Shown: positions 10,505 to 21,194 of the stretch, in pieces
How the letters are laid out: every line of letters starts with the position of its first letter
How positions within the stretch are numbered: position 1 is the first letter of the stretch
Origin: Catajapyx aquilonaris
Taxonomy: Eukaryota
Direction of reading: 5' to 3'
NCBI GenBank assembly: GCA_000934665.2
Contig: JYFJ02004436.1
Span: 1-32,207 of the forward strand
Length of the DNA stretch: 32,207 nt
Notes under the pieces: model-generated
Databases searched by the model: none
Told to the model about the DNA's origin: nothing
The model's input: only the letters and a program-made list of their open reading frames with translations
Translations under genes and position numbers: made by a program

Positions 10505-11543
10505 ATGAAACTTGTAAGTACTAAATTAACATTAGGTGTTAACCGCAACAGGAGAGTGAACAATATGCACAGTACATTTTCCTACATTCATTTAATTTTT
10601 TAAATTTTGCACAATTATTAGGGTCATTGCACGTCCTCATGTGACCCTCCTCAATTATTTTCATGTCCTGCACTAACAGAATTAGACCCACATGATTCAC
10701 CTAACAGATTGTTGCAATTTCCCGCTGCGACTTCACATTATGATAGTCTCTCAAGTGTGTCCATATATTATGAATAATGTTTATGCGTCACATTTAATGA
10801 CCCGAACCGCACCGTTGGACACCTGTTGTTTTCTCTCATCAACATGTGACACTGCCTACTTTTTCGTAGCTACTTCTTGCTGTTCTGGTGGCTGTTGCTT
10901 CTGCAGCCAAAGTGACAGAAGATGCTGGGATAGTCAAGAAAGAGTACGAGCTTAACGAGGACGGCAGCTACAAATTCTCGTAATTATCTTCTCAATGTCA
11001 GGGTTAATCAGATCCATAATTTGACAAATTGTTTCATTGCGAAGGCAATGGTCATTAAACAAACCTTGATTCCGTCCTTCGCAAATGGCTAACTAAAAGG
11101 TAACAAACCCGACCCAGAAGATGAAAAAAAAATGGCGGGGAAAGCGTGGATGAACTTGCTTGAGTTGTGGAACAAAGAAACTAGGTCAAGGCAGCCAACT
11201 TGCACGCAAATCCGTACAATGTAAACATTCAAATTGCCTGAGAACTTGACTATTGCAATGTGAAACCATGGTGTGACTTTCAGTGGTGTGGTAACACTTT
11301 TTTGGGGGGTTTTTTGTCTCCAGGTTCGAGACCAGTGATGGTATTTTGCATGAGGAGAAAGGTCAAGGTGGGGTGTCGGCTGAGGGCAAGTTCTCATACA
11401 CTGACGAAGAAGGAAATAAGTGGTCTGTTGCATATGTAGCGGATGAAAATGGATTCCAGCCAACAGGAGATCATATCCATCCAGTTCCAGAGCTGATTGC
11501 TAAGGCGCTTAAGCAGACTGGAGTACTCAAGCGTCGTCGTTAA
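10505..11543 (+). CDS. Cuticular protein gene 3, CPR RR-1 (short-loop type), 112 aa
   Basis: Exons 10505-10513, 10870-10979, 11324-11543 = 339 nt. Protein [118 protein letters not shown] at 11586-11591. Confidence 0.95.
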
Positions 11544-12789
11544 CTCGCTCAAGTAGCAATTGCCAATGTGTTGTACAAATGTCACAATAAATCTGTTTGG
11601 GGAATGAAGCATCAACAATGCATATTTATTGCACCTACTGTACAGTACAACTTCGGTGAAAAATATTTCAAAATGTAGATATAAAAAATTGCTTATATTG
11701 TCATGTAGGTCAGAACTAATTAGTTTAAATTGTTGAATTAATTTTTAGAACCTTCAGGCAACTGGCTGCTGACCAGTAGATAATAGGAAGTACTTAGCAG
11801 GCCTTCATTAATATTTTTGCGGCAATCAACAACGTGAAGTAAAAGTCTGATCCTTGAATAACTTTCTTCAAATACATCCTCTCTATAGTGTTTTCCGCAT
11901 TCATGTGTGCTCCTGTACTTAATATGCAAAAAAAAATTGCTGATTTTTTTACATAATATTTAAAACGATTTGAATTTAATGAGTACTTTTGATAATTTTT
12001 TTAAAAAACATATAATTATCCCCACTCGCACTCATTACTCTTAGAGTAGGAATATTTGTCAGATTTAGACACTTCATTAATAATAATTTGTTTGAGTTAC
12101 GATTCGAAGCAGAGATGATTACAACACGAGATTTCTCTCTATAATTTAAGTCACGCCATAAAACAAATATTAGGTTTTATGTCAATGTTCCACTTGTCTT
12201 CAGTGAAAGGACTTTTTCTTCAGCAACTGGACTGTAGTTATTGCTAACGCCACAACCTGAATATTAGGTATCATCACCATGCAGAGGCTAATAAAGATAT
12301 TTTCGCAATCGTACGTTGTGCTATTCATATTTTTTAAAAAAACTTTCTCTGCTTCCAGTGTCAATTTATGTAACCCATATTGGAGTCTTTAATACCAAAG
12401 GGGAAATGGGCCTATTTCGGACAAAAAAACGACAGCTAATGCTATCCGACTGGATGAGCCTACAAGGTATACAGAAAAGGAATGCCGTTATGATCCTGTA
12501 CAGCCTGTTTGAAAGGAAAGGATTCTCCTTCAAACTATTTACAAACGAAGGCAAGAGGTTGCTACCGAACCAACTTGGCAGGTGATCCAATTACACCTTT
12601 GGTTTATGACGTACATCATATAAAACAACACTGTTGGTACACACATGTCCAGTATATGCTTGACCACAAGTTGGTGCACTTTTGCTATTTTCAAAGTCCT
12701 TGACAGGGTCCCTATGTGCAAGGAATCGCTTTACCGGTGCGATTTATGGGTCAGAGGGACCTCAACCTTTCGTCAATCCTCCAGCTAAC

Positions 12790-12827
12790 TATAAAAAGGT
12801 AGCCAGACCCATAGCCGGTCGTCAGTT
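12790..12827 (+). promoter_or_regulatory. Core promoter of gene 4 (TATA + Inr)
   Basis: TATAAAA at 12790-12796 and the arthropod initiator TCAGTT at 12822-12827, at canonical spacing. Confidence 0.85.
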
Positions 12828-12851
12828 GAGTGCGACACACCAGAAGAAACC

Positions 12852-13436
12852 ATGAAGGGGGTAAGCTTCTTCGAACCCCCGGATAGTGTGACCTGGCTAT
12901 AACTGGACCTTAATTTCAGGTCATATTGTTGGTGCTAGTGGCTGTGGTAGCAGCTCAGAAGGAGGTTCCTATTATCCGTCAAGCACAGGAAGTGAACGAG
13001 GATGGATCTTATCAGTTCAGGTACACCCGTGTTCATGATGAGCGCTACTGGTTTTACTTGAAATTAATTGGTCCATTTCATCCATTTACTTAACCAGTTC
13101 ATACAAATGACAAAACGTCTTCATAATTTATCTACAACATTTTTATTTTTTTATTTTATTAAATTTTTGGTTTGATTTTGCAGTTTCGAAAGTGGTGATG
13201 GGACTGTTCGAGAGGAGAGTGGTCGTCTGGTGAATGATGGTCAGACATCGCAAGGAAGTTGGTCTTATATATCGCCTGAGAATGAGAAGATTGAGCTGCA
13301 GTTTGTGGCTGATGAGAACGGGTTTCAGCCCAGGGGCAACCACATCCCTGTTGCCCCACCTATTCCTGAGCTGATCCAGAGGGCTTTGGCTGCCATTGAA
13401 GCTGGTGCAGGCGGAGGAAAGCGGACAGGAAAGTAA
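12852..13436 (+). CDS. Cuticular protein gene 4, CPR RR-1, 120 aa
   Basis: Exons 12852-12860, 12920-13020, 13184-13436 = 363 nt. Protein [126 protein letters not shown] at 13563-13568. Confidence 0.95.
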
Positions 13437-15517
13437 ACCATGAGAACCGGACACATCTTCAGTGGACAATGACATGACCTTCCAAGTACTTCCGGACAAT
13501 TCCTGATTCGAAACATAATGTATGGATTTGTATTTTTGCACTGTTTTATAGTTGTACTGACCAATAAATAATGCGTTTTACATCACACGCACATTTTGGA
13601 TGACAGTTTATTATCCTTGATATCATAATTAGTAGATGTTTATGGCGAATTGTTATACAGTTTTTATGAATGCAATGCAGTAGCTACCAGCTGGTTTTCA
13701 GAAATGAGCATTCTTGATTCAAAAGCATTAATTGTTGCTTTGACACTTGCTACAGAGGTGAGATGTCTCCTATAAATTATTACAAGCATTTTATGCAGTC
13801 ACTAAAAGCACTTAAAAGGCTCATTAAACAATTCGTCACCTAATGAATCACACTCAAAATGTGAAAAAGTCAAGTGGTAACCTCGACTATAAATGTCAAA
13901 CAGAGCTGGATCCCTTTCTACGCTTACAACGTTTGACATTGCGTGCCTTATCAGCCAAAAATCATAGACAATTTTGAGCCAACTGGAGGCAGATCGAATC
14001 TTGGTGTGATATGATGCTCATGGCTACAATTTAACCAGACCATGACAGTGACATGGGAGTACCGTGAACAGTGAGTGACCAAGTGCACATTGTTGGCTGC
14101 TCATAGTGAACACAATCAGGTGATGGCCAACGCAAATCAGCGGTCGTCTGGTGAGTAGTACAATGCTAGTGCGTCTCGTTTTACTATGGTAGACTATTGC
14201 TTCTACTGGCGGAGTGTAAGTAATGTGAAAGATTACAATCAGCAGGTCAGTGAACCAGAGTTGCATCATCTCTCATATGCACTCAAGCGTTTCATATCTG
14301 GAAGCCAAATATTCAGACGTAGTTGTTGATGGCAAGCAAACATAATTGTTGAATATTATTAGAAATTGATGTTCATAAAATTCAATAATAATAATGTGGA
14401 AAATCATGTAATATGAGACACGAAGCCAGTGTTACCGATAGTGTCAGGTGGGATGCGTACCTGACAGGATACCTTTCTCAAGGTCACCTTGATCCTAAAT
14501 GAAATCACAAGTGACCTCGTGCAGTAGTAAGTTTTTTTGGTCAAATTATCTTCATTGTTGTGGCACCTGGCACGAACCAAATAATCATAAAGCGAAATTT
14601 AACATTATTATAGTGACATCCAGCAGTATAATGACATCGTCTGTTCCTGTACCAGTCCGATGAGTCTATTGCTTAATAATCCCACGAATAATTATGCAAA
14701 TGTTATCAGCAAATAATAAACATGAGGTTCTCGTCCGTCCTAATCGTTGACCAAGTTTGGGGAGTGGACTACGTGACACCAGGGGGGGCTTTTTGGGATG
14801 CAGTCATCTTAAACCGGTTCTTATTATGCAACCTGCGTGCAGATCGTGTTGGGCAGGGTAGAAGGAAGCAACAAGAGGAGATTTCAACCCCATCTCTCTG
14901 CAATTTGCATAAGTAACAGGCGAAATACTTTCCCCTTCTCTCAAAGGGTTTCCGATTTGTTAAAATGGTCACGCAATAATGTGACACGAGTTATGGTTAT
15001 TGTTATGTGTCACATTCTGAGCTATTTTTACTGTCGGTTGAGTTACATAAGTTAGGGGTGATGTGACCTCCAGTGGTAATTTGGGAGATATGAAAATTGT
15101 TGCTCACCTTGTAGTTTGGAGAATTATTATTGTTGGCCCTTATTGTTGGCCCTTATTTCATTCATTAACTTGGCTTACAATCAAGCTTCAATCTTGGAAC
15201 ATAACATAGAAGGTAACAGATGGCGTGGCTGTCTTCACTGAGTAACTCAGGGCAACAAGTGACCTCCAAACCTTTTCATGGTGTCAACAGAATTCCTCCA
15301 TATTGACATGTCAATATGTTCCGGTGACAATTGATAAAATCATACAAACTTTGCAGTATGCACGTCACGCTTTTTATTATCATCTCTTACATTTTTGTGG
15401 GATAAATACACATCTAGGTCCTCCTGATATGATTGTGATACACCAGTTTGATTTATAAATGCACCGTACAACAGTCTCCATTAAATCCGAATCCGAAATC
15501 CGTTTGGTGATGTCTTT

Positions 15518-16407
15518 TTATCCTCTCTGTTGGGGTTGCTGGTTGGACCTGGCCAGGATGAACTGTAGGGCCCTCTGGATGGCCTCAGGGATTGGGGGTG
15601 CCACTGGGAGGTGGTTCCCTTGTGGCTGGAACCCATTCTCATCAGCAACGTAGCTGAGGGAAATTGGGGTGCCATCTGGGGCAGTGTATGAGAAGGAACC
15701 TTCCGCCACCTGTATTGGTTCTTCGGGGACAGGCCCGGCCTTCTGGAACCCACGTTCGTTGTGGCTTATTCCATCTCCGGTCTCATAGCTGGGGGATTTT
15801 TTTTAAAAAAATATGGTTAATAATTCATCCAAAGTTCTAAATGACCCTACATTTATTTAGTTCAAATAGTTAAGAATCATAACTGTATATGGCGGATGAA
15901 ATGTCAAGATGTGTTAATTCGCAAGTTGAATTAATTGAAATGTGTTCTAAACGCCACATTACTTGATAACAACTCTTCAGGGAAAATATAAAGTGCTGAC
16001 CTGCTGACCAATGGTTTAATTGTAGTGCTTGATAAGCTTGTATAAATTTAATATTGTCATTTAAAAACTATTTCTGGCAACGTTCTGAATAATGAACAAG
16101 CAATTGAACTGTGTTTCAAACATTTTTCAAAAATGTTATGTTTTTCGCAAAATCGACAGCTATGCCAACTCCTGTAAAAATGACAAAATAATCCTACCCG
16201 AACTGATAGTTGCCATCAAGTCCAACATCTGCGCTGTAGGCCAGAATCGGAACCTGATCAGGTTGCGATCTCTGCTGCGGCCGTGCCTGGGCCACCACCA
16301 CCAAAGCCAAAATCACAAACTGCAAAAAATAAAACTCCATAATAATTACCCATGAAAAATCCACAATCACAGATGATATCACCGAACTTAGAACTCACCA
16401 GCTTCAT
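15518..16407 (-). CDS. Cuticular protein gene 5, CPR RR-1 (endocuticle structural glycoprotein SgAbd-like), 133 aa
   Basis: Exons (minus) 16407-16399, 16319-16198, 15788-15518 = 402 nt. Protein [139 protein letters not shown] (minus) at 15373-15378. Confidence 0.96.
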
Positions 16408-16450
16408 GGTCAAAAAACTGGGATGAGCAATCTTCCAGAAGGCCAATAGT

Positions 16451-16488
16451 GAACTAAATGGGTGCCCACACCCACCCAACTATTTATA
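16451..16488 (-). promoter_or_regulatory. Core promoter of gene 5 (TATA + Inr)
   Basis: TATAAATA (minus) at 16481-16488 and TTAGTTC at 16451-16457. Confidence 0.8.
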
Positions 16489-19072
16489 CCAAAAATGGCC
16501 AGCTATTCTGACCTCCTTTTGACCAATGACGACGAAGGCCATCATCAGATCCTCCAGATCCAGTATTGTCCCCTTCTCACCCTCCCTTCCGTTCATCTAA
16601 AACCTGCATAGCTGATTCTTACTGTCACTCAGCCAATGAGGTTCAAAGAAACCAAAGGCCATTTTTTTTTGACCACCATTAGATTTCTCTTGGCCCATAC
16701 TCTTCTACAATAGGATTCGGTGGGTGGGGTTTATGAGTCCGGGATGGGCTGCTTTTTGGGGGGAAAATCACAGGGCCTTGGAATATTGACCTTGCTAGAT
16801 ACCTGTTAATTGCATCTTTAAGAAGGTAGATTGATTGGGATGCTAGTAGTGCTTCACTATTATTTTTTTTTGGAGGTGGATGTTAGGATGGCCAGTCTTT
16901 AGACAGGGAAAGTTTGTGATAAAGGTGGATAACTGGTGGGAAATTTTGCGGGTTTCAGCACTCCTTTGTTTTTTTATGTTGCTGGGAATCCTTGAGGTGG
17001 TCACCTGCTGGGATCTGAATTCCAATGAGGGGGTTAGGAAGCTTGGAAATTGGGCAATAATAGAGGCAGTCTAATTTGGCAACACTGCCCTGTGCACCGT
17101 CGAACTCTGTGTACGTTTTTGACCAAACTCCAACCATAATCTGATACGTATTTCACAACGTATGTCCGCTTGTTCTCGATGCAAATCAATACGGAGGCCT
17201 CGACGTATGCCCCAGGGTGATCATTAGGGGTAGTTTTTAACGGGGAAGGTTTTCAGCACATTAGACTTGACCTCCGAGGTCATCCTTGGCCACAGGAGGC
17301 GAAAGGGCAGAAACGTAGCAACCCCGGATGTAGCATCGATACATCGATTCATTCAACGTATTTCATAACCCCCAGAAACGCTGGGTATCCTGCTTGTCTT
17401 TTATAAATAAGGGGGAAATCCTTGGGGGTCATGTTTTAAATTATTTTGGAAAGCCCTGACACTGTGTATGTAGTATCATATGCCCCACACAGACTCGAAC
17501 CAATAATTTATTTACATATGATTTAAATCTTGCAGTGAAGGGCCAACCCTTCCAGCAATTTTGAATTTTTTTAAAGGGGCCAGTGGGACGTACCCTGTTA
17601 CCACCCTTGTTTTTTTCACACTTCACAAACATCGTGTATGGGTGCAAAAAAATAGATGTAAATTTTCCTTATCAAATCCGTGATAGCTATACGTGCACTA
17701 ATAACCTGCATGGTTTAGGTGGCCTCGTACATAAAACCGGAAATTTCATCCCATTATCTGAAGGACCCACCTTAACACCACTGCATTATTACACGTGCCA
17801 TTTTTGGACATCCCAATACATTACATCATTGTTGAGTCAACAAGTATGTTTGAGGACTGCTCCGGAAATGCCAACAATGCACCTTTTGAAAGTGAAAGGA
17901 GTTGTGCCAAATCTTTCGAGATTTGCAAATGGAATATTTGTGTTTATGGCTAAAGAGCTTCTCACACTTTTATTTAAAATCGAGGGAGTGGAAGACTTGA
18001 GTGACCCTAAGACTCCCTCTGGACTCACCTTGGCATTAGAGGCCTCCCTTCTTTCAGGAACGTCGTTTCACTTTTCTTCCAAGGACACTTCCACCCTCAA
18101 CTCTCGCCAGATTTTTATCTTACCTGGACAGAGCTACAATTTGAATTTGCATACCAAACCTGTTTTAATCTCGTTGTGCTAAATATAACTTAATAATGTG
18201 CGGAGATGACAAATCACTTCCTGGCTAGATGACCTCTTTTTTTTCTATTTAACAAGGTGTGGAAGGCAGTCGTTTCAAAATTTTGATGGATCGTTGTTGA
18301 TAGGTTTTCTCTTCTGTTCATTGTTGTGGTGTCCTATAAGGACTACTGGCTTCTGATGGAACCGATGATATAATTTAGTGTTGATGCTGATGATGTCAGG
18401 ATTTAGGCTCGACCTTGCAGGGAATATGGCGTCATCATTCTGGATCAAAAATGGTTCCGGAACTTGCCCAGGAATGGTATCATTTAATTATAAATACAAT
18501 CAGGACCACTGCATGAAAAGAGAGGCGTAAATATTGGCACAAAGGTGGTGGTTGGTTAATTAAATATTTCCAAGTTATAAGTCAGAGAAATATGCGAGAA
18601 AATCGGATCTACCAATCAGTATTTAATGTATAGACCAACACCACTGTAGTGTCTTCAGTGTGGCTAAATTAGTTAATGAAATATTAATAATAAATATTGT
18701 ATGCGAATACCACCAAAAAATAACACTATGTCACCAACAATGTCACCTTCATTATATTATCACATTTAAAATATATATAATTAACTATAACAATAGCTGG
18801 TTGTGATTCTCTTTATTGAGTCACGTTTTTCCAATGCATTGTTTACACTGTACAAAAGATTCGTAGCAAAAAAAAAATGCTTCCTGACAAGGTGGTGGAA
18901 AAAAAGACATCCTGCTAAGTATGTGACCCATCAAGCAGTGTGGGCCGAATAGAAGTGAAATGTCCAGGATATGGCAGCGTAGACCAGAATAGACATTGTG
19001 GTGTGTACTCAAAAGTGAAGCGAGGAAGCCGTACCCGAGATGATGACACTTATTGAGCACCCTTTTTGAGCC

Positions 19073-21077
19073 TTAGTTAATTTGCACGTTTGGTACGAAT
19101 CCTCGGTCGTCTGCTTCATAAGTGACAACGACATTCACACCTTCAGGGGTGACGAAGGAGTAGCTTCCTTTGACCTCCATGATACGGTCATCTGGAGGAG
19201 CGCCGGGGTTCCTCACGGATCCAGATTCATCGAATTGGATGCCGTTTGAAGTTTTATACCTGCAAGAAACACACGCAATTATTAGCAATATCTACTGTTG
19301 TAAATCTAATTGTGAATTAGAACAAGCATTATCATTATATTTCTGAACTCATTCATCCTGTAACGAATTGAGAAGTCATATTTATTTAACCTTTGGTATC
19401 ACAAAAGACGAGGTAATTATGATAACGTGAGAAAGGGAAACTCTCAGTCGTTTCCTGTTGACATTTAGAATGTTCTAGATGAAAGTCGTTAATTTCCAAC
19501 TCGGAATAGTAGGTAGCTGTTACATTGGCACCATTTTGATGGCGTGCATACATTGTTATTACATTTACGCGATGTTAGTAAGTGCATGCTGGATTGTATA
19601 TTTAAACTACCTTCCTAAGCTTAGGAAACCAACATTAAATATATCAATAGAAATTTTAATTGTGTGTCCATTGTATGGAGAATTCTATTAGTAGCCAATA
19701 AAATTTGTCGAAACGTTTCGCATGTTTTTAGAATAATTTGTTAACTACCTGTAGCTCTTCTGTCACACCTTCTGCGTCAATAAGAAACCCTCGTATCAAT
19801 TAGCTATTGATAAAAATTAATATAATCTATTTAAACAGATTTTAGTAGCATCCTTCAGTAAATTTGGTGTGGTCCGGGAAAAAAATAAACTTTCTGCACA
19901 TTCTGTCTCTAGGCAATCAAATTTTTTTCTTAGTCCTAAAAATACCAACAAATGGGTATTAAAATAATTATGAAAATATAGATTTAGTACCACTGGAATG
20001 ACCACCAGGTTTCGGTACCACTTCTGCATGTGGTGTGTTTTTAGTAATTTAGTAACGAACGTTTTGCAACAACTTTTGTGCTAATTCTAGTGCACAGGTT
20101 TCAAATGTACAATAATAGGATTAGTCTACAAGCTCTTGAATTAGGCATAAATTTTCAATAAAAAATGTTCAAGCTGCAGTTATTGGTGCATTTTAAAAAT
20201 CTGGTTACACTTTATTACTTTTTGATACAAATGGCGATTAACTCTGCTTCACACACTAACCACTAATTTACTCTTAGTAAGAGCTTGCATCAAAACTTCC
20301 GCCTTAAAAGTTGCGGCGGCATATTTGGACCCCTCCCTTCCCATGTAGTCCTCCCATTCCCACGTTATGACACATCCTGTCTTTCCCTCCTACCCAGCAT
20401 CTCATCCCTTCCATCTTCCCTAAGAAGGCAAAAGTTGAACAACCTGAATGATGCCATCCCACTCCAAAGCATCACGATTGTGTAATACTGTACTTCTGTA
20501 CACTCCGGTATAATATCATTTTCACTGAATTTTTTGTGCACATCAACGATTAGTAATTGAACCTTGACATTTAAAAAAGGGAAAAAACTATTATGAAATT
20601 TCTGTCAAACCACCGTTACTTACCCGTAGTCGTACTGACCCTCGACAGCAATAACATTTCTGAACGCTTCAATAATGGCCGACCCATCAGGACCACCGCT
20701 GACCGGAGGTGACCTCCGTGGTTCTCGTGCAGGTGATGTACGAGGCTGTGAGAGGCAGGCACACACACCGATCATTGTCGCTAAGACCAGCTAAAACGAG
20801 AAGCAATTAAGAATAATAAAAATAATCATATTATAGTGCAATATGTAGCAAACACCAAATTCACAATTAATTTGACATTTAGCCCAAAATTTTGTATCGA
20901 TTGAAGGTCGGTGTTTCATTGTTGTTGATTGACAACAATGACACACGGTGGTCCAAACGTTACAAATTAGCACAATCAGGAAGTGCGAATTTCAAAAATG
21001 TCAAAAGGTGTGGCAACATTTGCGCGAAACACTATCACCATCCACTTAGGCACCAAAAATATTTGTACCAGCTTCAT
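19073..21077 (-). CDS. Cuticular protein gene 6, CPR RR-1, 120 aa
   Basis: Exons (minus) 21077-21069, 20790-20624, 19259-19073 = 363 nt. Protein MKLLVLATMIGVCACLSQPRTSPAREPRRSPPVSGGPDGSAIIEAFRNVIAVEGQYDYGYKTSNGIQFDESGSVRNPGAPPDDRIMEVKGSYSFVTPEGVNVVVTYEADDRGFVPNVQIN*. Intron 2 is 1364 nt. Confidence 0.93.
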
Positions 21078-21152
21078 CTTGAATGTGATTGAAAAGCACC
21101 GAGTTATCCGAAATCCCAACACTGTGTGAGCGTCTTCTCAGCACCGACGCAC

Positions 21153-21160
21153 TATTTATA
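21153..21160 (-). promoter_or_regulatory. TATA box of gene 6
   Basis: TATAAATA on the minus strand about 75 nt upstream of the ATG. Confidence 0.8.
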
Positions 21161-21194
21161 CCGGGAGAAGAAGAGACTGCCTTTCCACATTGTT

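Noticed and set aside
13143..13564. Minus-strand ORFs over gene 4, and similar ORFs at 1380-1655, 4638-4878, 11089-11618, 15459-15653, 15481-15753, 30065-30498 and 32012-32203
   Set aside because: Antisense or off-frame shadows of GC-richer cuticular protein exons.
15127..15157. Short tandem duplications (13-bp TTATTGTTGGCCC x2 here; 12-bp ATGTGAATTGAT x2 at 26786-26809)
   Set aside because: Ordinary slippage duplications in non-coding DNA; not CRISPR-like or otherwise structured.
17583..18182. Longest ORF in the track (199 aa, plus strand)
   Set aside because: Non-ATG start, no recognisable domain or signal peptide, and no convincing splice or promoter context. Treated as a chance ORF; a BLASTP search would settle it.
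18280..18510. Minus-strand acceptor-like TTTTCATGCAG followed by a hydrophobic VLIVFII and a ~68-codon open stretch
   Set aside because: All three frames stop soon after the acceptor, and the open stretch has no R&R or other recognisable similarity.
19612..19627. 16-bp palindrome TTCCTAAGCTTAGGAA in gene 6 intron 2 and a 10-bp hairpin at 28251-28277
   Set aside because: Isolated and close to what is expected by chance in 32 kb of AT-rich sequence.
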